NCBI GenBank assembly: GCA_963837955.1
Contig: CAWIPH010000001.1
Coordinates: forward strand, 352,001 to 416,000
DNA from: an uncultured Verrucomicrobiae bacterium
GTDB lineage: Bacteria; Verrucomicrobiota; Verrucomicrobiia; Chthoniobacterales; JAFAMB01
DNA: 64,000 nt
Direction of reading: 5' to 3'
The notes below the pieces were generated by a model. It did not search any database. It was not told the origin of the DNA and was given only the letters and a program-made list of their open reading frames with translations. Numbering within the stretch: the stretch's first letter is position 1; the number at the start of each line of letters is the position of its first letter. Of the stretch, positions 9,621-18,421 are shown in pieces. The translations under genes were made by a program, and so were the position numbers.

Positions 9621-10694
9621 ATGCATTCTGTGGCTGATCAATCATCCGACGTTACCGCCGCCATCAACCGGCAACTTACCAAGGAAGATAAACTGCGCTT
9701 TCTGCAGGAGATGTATCGAATCCGCCGGTTTGAGCAGACTTCTTTAAAATATTACAACCTTGGCCGAATGGGCGGCTTCCTTCATCTCTACTCCGGTCAA
9801 GAAGCGGTGGCCGTGGGCACCATCTCTCTTTTAGGCGAAAATGACCACGTCATCACAGCGTACCGGGATCACGGCCACGCCCTCGCAGTCGGGATGAACA
9901 TGAACGAATGCATGGCCGAGCTTTTTGGCAAAGCTACCGGGTGCTCAAAAGGAAAGGGAGGCTCCATGCATTTCTTTGCGCCCGACAAGCGGTATTGGGG
10001 CGGTCACGGGATAGTCGGAGGTCAGACACCATTGGGAACTGGCATTGCCTACGCGCTGAAATACAAAAACATTCCTGGATGCTGTCTTTGTTATCTGGGG
10101 GACGGCGCCGTTAACCAGGGTCCGTTTCACGAATCGTTGAATCTGGCGGCGCTATTTCAACTTCCAGTCATTTACATCATTGAGAACAACGGGTACTCGA
10201 TGGGCACTAGTCTAAAGCGCTCGTCGGCTTTCAAGAATTCCTTGGCTGAGCGAGCCGAGGCATATGGCATAGCCTGGGATGTCTTCGGCGGCGAAGATCT
10301 TTATGAGATTCGTGCCCGGACCCACGTCGCGATGGAAAGAGCCCGCCACGAACAAAAGCCCTCCCTGTTGGAAATTCAGACCTACCGCTACTACGGTCAC
10401 TCAGTCGCCGACGCGAACGCCAAAAAATATCGGACGCCCGAAGAAATTGAAGAGTACAAAAGCAAACATGACCCGCTTCGCCTTTGGGCTAAACGCCTAA
10501 TTGACGAAGGCATCCTCAACGAAGCACAAGCTGATGAGATGGATCAGAAAGCTAAGGAGGAAGCAAATGCTGCGGTAAAGTTTGCTGAGGAAAGTCCTTA
10601 TCCCGAAGTAGACGACATTCTCACCGACGTTTACTGGGAGGTCGATAACCAAACAGACGCTGCGCAACACGGCACCTACTTCTTCAATCACTGA
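9621..10694 (+). CDS. pdhA: Pyruvate dehydrogenase E1 alpha
   Basis: GFLHLYSGQEA, GKGGSMH, TPP-binding GDGA...ENN and TYRYYGHS. Confidence 0.96.
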   Translation: MHSVADQSSDVTAAINRQLTKEDKLRFLQEMYRIRRFEQTSLKYYNLGRMGGFLHLYSGQEAVAVGTISLLGENDHVITAYRDHGHALAVGMNMNECMAELFGKATGCSKGKGGSMHFFAPDKRYWGGHGIVGGQTPLGTGIAYALKYKNIPGCCLCYLGDGAVNQGPFHESLNLAALFQLPVIYIIENNGYSMGTSLKRSSAFKNSLAERAEAYGIAWDVFGGEDLYEIRARTHVAMERARHEQKPSLLEIQTYRYYGHSVADANAKKYRTPEEIEEYKSKHDPLRLWAKRLIDEGILNEAQADEMDQKAKEEANAAVKFAEESPYPEVDDILTDVYWEVDNQTDAAQHGTYFFNH

Positions 10695-10703
10695 TTTATC
10701 ACG

Positions 10704-11678
10704 ATGCCTGAAATTACCTACCGCGAAGCTCTACGGTCTGCGCTCGACGAGGAAATCCTCCGAGACGAGAACGTCGTCATACTGGGCGAAGAGGTCGCCC
10801 AATATAATGGAGCCTATAAGATTACCGAAGGGCTTTGGAAAAAGCATGGAGATCGAAGAGTTGTCGATACGCCGATTAGCGAAGCCGGTTTTATCGGGAT
10901 GGGCATCGGTGCTGCTATGCTTGGGCTGCGGCCAGTCATGGAGCTGATGTTCTGGAGCTTCGCCTATGTTGCATTCGATCAGATCATCAACAACGCCGGC
11001 TGTATTCGCTATATGTCTGGCGGCTTGATTCATTTGCCGATCGTAATTCGCGGCCCGGCTAACGGCGGAACCAATGTCGGCGCCACCCACTCCCATACCC
11101 CCGACAATCTTCTCGCCAATAATCCTGGATTGAAAGTGGTCACTCCAGCGACTGCCTATGATGCCAAGGGCCTGCTCAAGACCGCCATTCGCGATAATGA
11201 CCCGGTCATGTTCATGGAAAATACGTTGCTCTACGGCGAAAAATGGGACGTGCCGGAATCGGAGTATCTCATCCCGCTTGGTTTAGCCGATGTAAAACGT
11301 ACCGGAGAACATATCACTCTGATCGCCCATGGCCGCGCTGTGTTGGCCTGCTTGAAAGCTGCAGACCTTCTTGCTGCCGAACATGATATTAGCGTTGAAG
11401 TGGTTGATCTCCGCTCCATCCGACCACTAGATGAAGAGACCGTTTTACAATCGGTCCGCAAAACGCACCGGGCAGTCGTGGTCGAAGAAAACAAGCCCTT
11501 CTGCGGTATCGGCTCCCAACTCGCGGCCATCATCCAAGAAAAGGCATTTGACGATCTTGATGCGCCGGTCGGTCGCGTGTCAGCCCTTGACGCTCCCGCC
11601 ATCTACAGTCCCCCAATCGAAAAGCGCCAGTTACCCGATCCGCAGCGCGTGATCAGCAAGGTTCTGGAAATCTGTTAA
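10704..11678 (+). CDS. pdhB: Pyruvate dehydrogenase E1 beta
   Basis: DTPISEAGF, GATHS and DLRSIRPLD motifs. Confidence 0.96.
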   Translation: MPEITYREALRSALDEEILRDENVVILGEEVAQYNGAYKITEGLWKKHGDRRVVDTPISEAGFIGMGIGAAMLGLRPVMELMFWSFAYVAFDQIINNAGCIRYMSGGLIHLPIVIRGPANGGTNVGATHSHTPDNLLANNPGLKVVTPATAYDAKGLLKTAIRDNDPVMFMENTLLYGEKWDVPESEYLIPLGLADVKRTGEHITLIAHGRAVLACLKAADLLAAEHDISVEVVDLRSIRPLDEETVLQSVRKTHRAVVVEENKPFCGIGSQLAAIIQEKAFDDLDAPVGRVSALDAPAIYSPPIEKRQLPDPQRVISKVLEIC

Positions 11679-11695
11679 GCTTTCAAGGACCAGCT

Positions 11696-12979
11696 ATGCC
11701 TATCCCAATCGAGATGCCAAAACTCAGCGACACGATGACCGAGGGGACGCTGATTCGCTGGATTAAGAAAGTCGGTGACTCCGTTGAGGTCGGCGATGTC
11801 ATTGCTGAAGTCGAAACCGACAAAGCCACCATGGAAATGGAGGCGTTTGATGAGGGAACGCTGGCGGAGGTTTACGTCGAAGAAGGACAGAAAGTGCAGG
11901 TTGGTCAGAAACTAGCTATTCTCACCGGCGATGGAGAGGAGCCTCCGAAGTCAAACGGCTCCAAGAAAACCGTTGAGGACAAGAAAGAGCCGGCGACTGA
12001 ACAATCCCCGGCCGAAAAACAATCTTCTGTTAAAGAGCCTGCTCGCTCCGCTGTTGAGGCGACGGCAGAGACATCAAAGCAAACTAAGCCGTCAACAGAA
12101 TCAACCCGCGCGAAAGCATCTCCGCTCGCCCGCAAAGTCGCTGATCAACTCGGCGTAGAATTACAGCAGCTCACCGGATCCGGTCCGGGCGGTCGAATTG
12201 TTCGCAGCGATGTGCTCTCAGCCGCCAAGACCGAGCCGAAGCCTTTGGATCAGACGAAGACGGTTAGTAAACCGGAACCGCTTAAGACCGATCTGCGCAT
12301 TCCCCTTTCCGGTATGCGTCGAACCATTGCGAACCGGCTCCTCGAGTCCAAAACCACCATTCCGCATTTCTATCTCCAGGCGGAAGTCGATGCCCAGCCG
12401 CTGGTTTCGCTGCGTCAACAGATCAATGCCGCGGTCGAAGCCGCCGGCTTACCCAAAATCACCGTCAACGACTTTATCCTCAAAGCGACCGCTGTAGCTG
12501 CGGCGCGCGTACCTCAGGCCAACGCGGCTTTCGCGGGCGATGCAATCATTCAATTTGCTGACGTCCAACTCGCCTGCGCCGTCGCGGTTGAAGAAGGTCT
12601 TGTCACTCCCGTCATAAGAGAAGCCCAACGCAAAAGTTTGAGCCAGATCAGTGCCGAAATAAAAGATCTGGCAGCCCGGGCTCGATCCAAAAAACTAAAA
12701 CCGGAAGAGTACCAGGGAGGAACCATTACGGTCTCTAACCTTGGCGGCTATGGGGTTGAACAGTTTTTCGCGATAATTAACCCGCCCCAGTCAGTCATCG
12801 TCTCTGTCGGGTCCATTGTCGCGAAACCAGTCGTCAACGCCACGGGGGAGGTTGTGGCGGGACAACGCATTATTATCGGACTAAGCTGTGACCATCGCGT
12901 GGTGGATGGCGCCATCGGGGCGCACTTCCTGTCTGAATTGAAACGCTTATTGGAAACGCCCGCGCTGATGCTGATCTGA
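11696..12979 (+). CDS. pdhC: Dihydrolipoamide acetyltransferase E2
   Basis: Lipoyl ETDKA, E3-binding ASPLARK...GSGPGGRI and catalytic DHRVVDG. Confidence 0.96.
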   Translation: MPIPIEMPKLSDTMTEGTLIRWIKKVGDSVEVGDVIAEVETDKATMEMEAFDEGTLAEVYVEEGQKVQVGQKLAILTGDGEEPPKSNGSKKTVEDKKEPATEQSPAEKQSSVKEPARSAVEATAETSKQTKPSTESTRAKASPLARKVADQLGVELQQLTGSGPGGRIVRSDVLSAAKTEPKPLDQTKTVSKPEPLKTDLRIPLSGMRRTIANRLLESKTTIPHFYLQAEVDAQPLVSLRQQINAAVEAAGLPKITVNDFILKATAVAAARVPQANAAFAGDAIIQFADVQLACAVAVEEGLVTPVIREAQRKSLSQISAEIKDLAARARSKKLKPEEYQGGTITVSNLGGYGVEQFFAIINPPQSVIVSVGSIVAKPVVNATGEVVAGQRIIIGLSCDHRVVDGAIGAHFLSELKRLLETPALMLI

Positions 12980-12981
12980 GC

Positions 12982-13003
12982 CCATTCGACTGCCGTCGAA
13001 TGG
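12982..13003 (+). terminator. Hairpin CCATTCGAC-TGCC-GTCGAATGG after pdhC
   Basis: Perfect 9-bp stem just after the stop codon; no strong U-tract, so it may be a stability element instead. Confidence 0.35.
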
Positions 13004-13094
13004 ATCACAAAATGACAAATTCAAATTCTGTCATTCGGAATTTGTAATCTGTCATTGGGCCGAAGGCGGGGTGTCCCTACCAAATTTACTACTT

Positions 13095-14474
13095 ATGAAA
13101 TACGATTTGATCGTTGTGGGCGGCGGACCTGCCGGCTATGTCGGCGCCATTCGCGCCGCTCAACTCGGCAAGAAGGTGGCCTGCGTGGAGAAAGAAAGAG
13201 CCGGTGGAACGTGTCTCAATTGGGGCTGCATTCCGACAAAATCACTGCTGCGCAATGCCGAGCTCTTCCAGCTCATGCAAAAACGGGCCGGCGACTTCGG
13301 GTTCCGGTTCGAAAAACTTTCTTACGACTGGCCCAAAATCGTTTCCCGGAGCCGTTCGGTAGCAGATAAACTTGCTGGCGGCGTCGAATTCCTCTTCAAA
13401 AAAAACAAGGTCGATTATCTCCGAGGCGAAGCAACCATTCCGTCACCTGGAAAAGTCAGCTTTAAGAGTCGCGACGGCAAAGAGGAAACCATTGAGTCCG
13501 ATTATATTCTCATTGCCACCGGGGCCGCCTCCCGGGAAATGCCTGGTCTACCGGTCAACGGCAAAACCGTGATCAACAGCCATGACGCGATGATCATAGA
13601 TCCTCAGCCGAAGAAATTGATCGTAATCGGCGCTGGCGCCATCGGTGCAGAATTCGCGTACTTTTTTAATGCCTTCGGTACAGAGGTTACAATGGTGGAA
13701 ATGCTTCCCAACGTCTTACCGGTCGAAGACACTGAGGTCAGCGTCGCGCTGGAAAAGTCGCTGTCCAAACAAGGGATTAAGATTTTTACGAATACGAAGG
13801 TTGCGGCCGCGAAGCTTGAGCGAGGACAAGTCCGTGTGAACCTCGAAGGAAAACAAACGCAAGTTCTGGAAGCCGACTGCGCCCTGGTCGCTATCGGTGT
13901 GAGCCCAATCGTACCAGGTGGGGTCCCAATCAATCTCGATAAGAAAGGATTTATTTCGGTGAACGACCGGTACCAGACTAACGTTCCAGGCATCTTCGCA
14001 GCCGGCGACGTCATCGGACCACCCTGGCTTGCCCATGTCGCCAGTTGGGAAGCGATTCAAGCAGTCCAAGGCATTTTTACCAAGGGTTTCAAACCGCAGC
14101 TTGTGGGTGCGTTTCCGGGCTGTACGTATTGCCAGCCTCAGGTAGCTAGTGTCGGCCTGACCGAGAGAGCCGCCAAAGAACAAGGACTCAAGTTCAAGGT
14201 CGGAAAGTTTCCCTTTTCCGCGAGCGGCAAGGCATTAGCGGTCGGGGAACCTGAAGGGTTCGTCAAACTTCTGATCGCGGAGCCGCACGGTGAAATTTTG
14301 GGGGCGCACATCATTGGACCTGAAGCCACCGAGCTCATCGCAGAAATCGGGCTCGCCATGAACCTCGAGGCCACTTACGAAGAAATCGAGGCTACCATTC
14401 ACGCTCACCCGACTCTCAGCGAGGCTGTTCATGAAGCGGCCGGCGCCGCATTCGGCGAAGCGATCCATATTTGA
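13095..14474 (+). CDS. lpdA: Dihydrolipoyl dehydrogenase E3
   Basis: GGGPAG, GGTCLNWGCIPTK and HPTLSE motifs; start MKYDL at 13095. Confidence 0.97.
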   Translation: MKYDLIVVGGGPAGYVGAIRAAQLGKKVACVEKERAGGTCLNWGCIPTKSLLRNAELFQLMQKRAGDFGFRFEKLSYDWPKIVSRSRSVADKLAGGVEFLFKKNKVDYLRGEATIPSPGKVSFKSRDGKEETIESDYILIATGAASREMPGLPVNGKTVINSHDAMIIDPQPKKLIVIGAGAIGAEFAYFFNAFGTEVTMVEMLPNVLPVEDTEVSVALEKSLSKQGIKIFTNTKVAAAKLERGQVRVNLEGKQTQVLEADCALVAIGVSPIVPGGVPINLDKKGFISVNDRYQTNVPGIFAAGDVIGPPWLAHVASWEAIQAVQGIFTKGFKPQLVGAFPGCTYCQPQVASVGLTERAAKEQGLKFKVGKFPFSASGKALAVGEPEGFVKLLIAEPHGEILGAHIIGPEATELIAEIGLAMNLEATYEEIEATIHAHPTLSEAVHEAAGAAFGEAIHI

Positions 14475-14488
14475 TTGGTGGGGCTGTA

Positions 14489-14542
14489 GGACTTATGGGT
14501 CACTTGGGTCGCATGGGACTTATGGGTCGGATGGGACCTATG
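14489..14542. repeat. Six degenerate 9-mers (GGACTTATG/GGTCGCATG type) between convergent genes
   Basis: ggacttatg ggtcacttg ggtcgcatg ggacttatg ggtcggatg ggacctatg. Confidence 0.8.
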
Positions 14543-14561
14543 AGGCCACATAATTCGGGCG

Positions 14562-15983
14562 CTATCGAGTCATCCCCATCGTCGGTACCCGCTCCGGAGC
14601 TGATGCTAAGGCACCTGCAGCTGCGCGCAGCATGACGTGCCTCAGGGTCACCCGAAATACCGTCCATCCCTCGCGTGAAGAGAGCAACGTCACGTCGCCG
14701 CCGTGGGCTCGAGCCAGCTCTCGCGAAAGACTTAGACCAAGACCATGTCCCGAGGCGGTTCCCTGCGGATCACTTCGGAAGAATCGCTCAAAAAGTTGTG
14801 GAGCCAATTCGGCCGGAACGCCGATTCCGCTATTTCCGATTTCGATCCAAACGAGCTTTGCGCCTAGATCCGTTCCAGCTCGAATCTGAACTCTACCGTC
14901 CGACTCGTTATATTTGATCGCGTTGTCGAGCAGATTCCAGAGTATCTGGTTCAGACGTCCAGCGTCGACTCCAGCCGTAATGCTGCCCGGCAGGTCCCTT
15001 TCGATCGAAATGCCTCTTTCTTCAGCCAGAATCTCCGCGTCTTCCGCACAGGCCCGAACAATTTCGCAAACATCCACTAACGTAAGGTCTAGTTGCAACC
15101 GGCCGGTATCGGCTCTGGATAACAAGAGTAAGCTTTCGGTAATCGCGGAAAGGCGCCGAGTTTGCTCTAGCAGACTCGCAACTGCCTCCCGGTCGTTTTC
15201 CTCGAGGGTAGGTGACTCCAGCAGGTCCTCGATACTATTTCGCAATACGGTCAACGGCGTTTTGAGTTCGTGCGACGCATCTGCACTGAATCGCTCCGTT
15301 TGACGAAAACTCTCGTTTAACCGGGTAAACATTTCATTCAAAACCCGGGTTAACCGCCCGATCTCGTCATTTTCCGGCGCATCGTCCAATCGCGCATCAA
15401 GACGCTTGGCGGTAATTTGCTCGGCCGCTTCCGCCATCGCTGAAACCGGGGAAAGGGCGGTTCGCGCAATCCACCACCCGCCAAAAGCAGTCACAACAAG
15501 CAAAAAAGGTACCACCGGCAAAACCGCCATAGCTCGTGCTCCCGCATCGTTCTCGATCTCGCGGAGATCGCCGGCGAGGCTCAAAATGAGATCATCTTTC
15601 TGGAACGTCCCCAGACGATAATTTACTCGGCGAATTTTTACCGTTCGTACACCCAACGTTGCTATAGGTAGCCACACGTTCGGGATATCGAAAGAACGAT
15701 ACAAAAGATGCCTACCTAAATCTCGTACTTCGATCAGCCGCCTCCCGGCGGAGAATGGGATCAACTCCTTGATCCGAGCCAAGCGCTCTGATTGTGACAG
15801 CCGGCCCCGCTCCTCCCACTGCGAAAAAAAATACTTCGCTTCTCCCTTCAGCTGATTGTCAAGCATCTGGATCTGCTCGTGCTTCAGATAGAAACTTGTA
15901 CCAATCGCACATGACAGGGCGGCGAGCCCGACCAAGAGTACGGACCAAATCGTGAGCTTCGCGCTGAGCGGCCAACGTTTCAT
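14562..15983 (-). CDS. HAMP-domain sensor histidine kinase (CusS/CzcS-like)
   Basis: Two TM segments, HAMP domain, SADASHELKTPL H-box, NLLDNAIKY and GHGLGL. Confidence 0.93.
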   Translation of the reverse strand: MKRWPLSAKLTIWSVLLVGLAALSCAIGTSFYLKHEQIQMLDNQLKGEAKYFFSQWEERGRLSQSERLARIKELIPFSAGRRLIEVRDLGRHLLYRSFDIPNVWLPIATLGVRTVKIRRVNYRLGTFQKDDLILSLAGDLREIENDAGARAMAVLPVVPFLLVVTAFGGWWIARTALSPVSAMAEAAEQITAKRLDARLDDAPENDEIGRLTRVLNEMFTRLNESFRQTERFSADASHELKTPLTVLRNSIEDLLESPTLEENDREAVASLLEQTRRLSAITESLLLLSRADTGRLQLDLTLVDVCEIVRACAEDAEILAEERGISIERDLPGSITAGVDAGRLNQILWNLLDNAIKYNESDGRVQIRAGTDLGAKLVWIEIGNSGIGVPAELAPQLFERFFRSDPQGTASGHGLGLSLSRELARAHGGDVTLLSSREGWTVFRVTLRHVMLRAAAGALASAPERVPTMGMTR

Positions 15984-16654
15984 TCCGGACCTTTGAGAAT
16001 ATATCCGACACCTCGAACAGTTTGCAGCAGCTTTACTTCGTGAAAATCGTCGATCTTCCGGCGAAGCCGATTGATATAGACGTCCACTACATTCGTACCG
16101 GTATCAAAGTGGTAATCCCAAACCTGTTCGCAAATGCTGGTCCGCGAGAGGACTCGCCCGGGGTACCGCATCAGAAACTCCAACAGAGCGAACTCCCGAA
16201 CGGCTAATTCTATCTTCTGCCCAGCCCGCGCAACCTCCCGGGTCAACAAATTCATGCTTAAATCAGCCACTCGCAGTCCAGTGGCTCTGTCCCCACTACT
16301 TCGCCGCCCTAAGGCATTGACCCGGGCGACCAATTCTCGCATCGCAAAAGGCTTGGCTAAATAGTCGTCCGCTCCCAGCTCCAAACCTTCCACTCTTTCC
16401 GAAACCTCACCACGAGCGGTAAGCAACATCACAGGTGTAGCATTTCTCTCCTCTCGCAACCGCCGAAGCACACCCAGCCCATCTATGCCCGGCATCATGA
16501 TATCCAGGATGATGACATCATACGTTTGCTTGCCGGCTTGATCCATTGCCTGGTTTCCGTCGTACACCGTCTCGACCTCATAGCCCGCTTCCTTCAGAGC
16601 CTTGCGGATAAAATGGCTTACTTTCTTTTCGTCCTCTGCCAGCAGGACCTTCAT
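15980..16654 (-). CDS. OmpR-family response regulator (CusR/CzcR-like)
   Basis: LLAEDE, LDIMMP, KPF, NVVDVYINRLRRK and TVRGVGY; start MKVLL at 16654. Confidence 0.94.
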   Translation of the reverse strand: MKVLLAEDEKKVSHFIRKALKEAGYEVETVYDGNQAMDQAGKQTYDVIILDIMMPGIDGLGVLRRLREERNATPVMLLTARGEVSERVEGLELGADDYLAKPFAMRELVARVNALGRRSSGDRATGLRVADLSMNLLTREVARAGQKIELAVREFALLEFLMRYPGRVLSRTSICEQVWDYHFDTGTNVVDVYINRLRRKIDDFHEVKLLQTVRGVGYILKGPE

Positions 16655-16699
16655 CGCTTCGCTTCTATACATAGCATCAACGGTCTCGCCCAACTTACG

Positions 16700-17110
16700 C
16701 CGATGTTTTCCGCTTTCGAGTCACAGATTCACGCGATTCCTTTATCACTCCACCCTGGTCGCCAGGTCAAATCATCTAACGTTGTTCACACACTGATGAG
16801 GACTGCTTATCTCGTAATTGCCCAAACTTAATAATCATATACGTGTGGACAACTATCATTCCCATCCGTCAACCGGCTTCAGCAACGGAACCGTAGTCGG
16901 TTTGCCAATGGGAACAACTAATCCGCGCCACACCAACATGCACGAACAACCTGGAGGCAACCTGGAGTAATCCGAGTTACTGACAAGTTGTGCAGGATTC
17001 TTCAGATATTGATTCACATCGATCTGCTGCGCCAAAACCTTGCCCTCGCGCAATGTCTGCAACCTTAACCCAGCGCTTGCTGTGACGGATACATTTGATC
17101 CCGGCGCATG
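16700..17110. other. Candidate replication origin (DnaA-box-like 9-mers around an AT-rich patch)
   Basis: TTGTTCACA 16782, TGTGGACAA 16844, TGGGAACAA 16909, TGATTCACA 17010; AT-rich AAACTTAATAATCATATA; apparent GC-skew change; parS sites and mnmG ~10 kb away. Confidence 0.45.
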
Positions 17111-17111
17111 G

Positions 17112-18377
17112 TCAGACCCAATCGATAATCGATCCGAATCCGGGGTCAAAAAGTCGCTTGTAAGTCCGGATAGCGAAGCCGTCAGTCATTCCCGCGATGT
17201 AATCACACAAGACCCGGGCCCTGCTTTTCGGCGATTCTTCTTGTCGGACAATTTGATCAAAGGCCTCAGGTAAGAGACGTAAGCCGTAGTCTCCGGTGGA
17301 CAAATAGCTCTCCGCCAACGCCGAGAACATTCCTTCCAGGATCACCCGACCCTTTCGTTCCAACTGATGCAGCTGGGAATGATCGAATACCAAATCGTGT
17401 GATATTCTCTTATAGAGATCCGCTTCTGCTCGAACGGCTGGATCAATTCCAAGCGTAAACCGATACCGGTTACTCACCGAGGCCAACAGACTGTCGCGTT
17501 CCTTCAGGGAAGCCGCCCGGATGAAGGCGCCTATTTTTCGACTAAATCTGGATTCTGCTTTTCGATCCTTGATTGCTGCGACAACTGTTTCGGCGTGTTG
17601 AATCTCGTCCGCGCTTAGAGCCTGTCGACTAGCCCAGGCTTCGACTCTCTCGCTGCGGAGGAACCCGGCATTGATGCTATCGACCAGATCATTGAGGCAA
17701 TATGCCGTATCGTCTGCCCAATCCATGATTTCGCATTCCAAAGAACGAACCCCATTCCAGTCTGAAACCTGGTCGTTCACGGGACAAACGAAGCGTCGCA
17801 GGTATTCTTGTTCGTTATAGATGAAATGATTGTGGGCCCGTGGGTCTTCCTCAAGTAAGCGCTTGTACTTAAGGATGCCGTCCAAAAAAGCACGCGTCGG
17901 ATTCATTCCTCGGCGCGAGGCTTTTCCCGGGTAGATGGTTTCTGAGATGATCCGCAAACTCTGAGCGTTACCTTCGAAGCCGCCATACGGAATCATCAGC
18001 TGATGTAACGTGCGTTCCCCCGCGTGGCCGAATGGAGCATGACCTAAATCATGAGTCAGACAGACCGCTTCCACCAGGTCCGGATCGATAAAGAAGTCGG
18101 CCTCTAAAGTTGGAGTTGTTTGCTGGAGGTAAGAACAGATCGAACGCCCAATCTGAGCGACCTCCAAGGAATGGGTCAACCGCGTGCGATAGAAATCAAA
18201 CTCGCCTGAAACGAAGACCTGTGTCTTTGCCTGTAAACGGCGAAAAGCGGAACTGTAAATGATCCGATCTCGATCGACCTGGAAATGGGAACGAAAATTA
18301 TCCGTCTCTCGTAGATCGAGAGACTCGAGGTCGAATGAATTGTAAAAACCGTTTTGGGGTGAACCTTTCAAAGTCAT
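17112..18377 (-). CDS. dgt: Deoxyguanosinetriphosphate triphosphohydrolase
   Basis: DRDRIIYSSAFRRLQAKTQV, RTRLTHSLEV, HDLGHAPFGH and DYIAGMTD. Confidence 0.95.
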   Translation of the reverse strand: MTLKGSPQNGFYNSFDLESLDLRETDNFRSHFQVDRDRIIYSSAFRRLQAKTQVFVSGEFDFYRTRLTHSLEVAQIGRSICSYLQQTTPTLEADFFIDPDLVEAVCLTHDLGHAPFGHAGERTLHQLMIPYGGFEGNAQSLRIISETIYPGKASRRGMNPTRAFLDGILKYKRLLEEDPRAHNHFIYNEQEYLRRFVCPVNDQVSDWNGVRSLECEIMDWADDTAYCLNDLVDSINAGFLRSERVEAWASRQALSADEIQHAETVVAAIKDRKAESRFSRKIGAFIRAASLKERDSLLASVSNRYRFTLGIDPAVRAEADLYKRISHDLVFDHSQLHQLERKGRVILEGMFSALAESYLSTGDYGLRLLPEAFDQIVRQEESPKSRARVLCDYIAGMTDGFAIRTYKRLFDPGFGSIIDWV

Positions 18378-18421
18378 CGCATCGCATCCATCATGCGATC
18401 ACTGATGTCTTCTTGCCAGAT

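Noticed and set aside
16781..16853. Hammerhead ribozyme (CTGATGAG inside a stem)
   Set aside because: No GAAA core and no proper stems II/III; the apparent stem is better explained by two inverted DnaA-box-like sites.
16856..17149. 97-aa minus-strand ORF
   Set aside because: Overlaps the dgt end, has no recognisable motif and lies across the candidate origin; not fully excluded.
17112..18377. dGTPase as an anti-phage defence gene
   Set aside because: It sits in housekeeping context with no defence-island neighbours.
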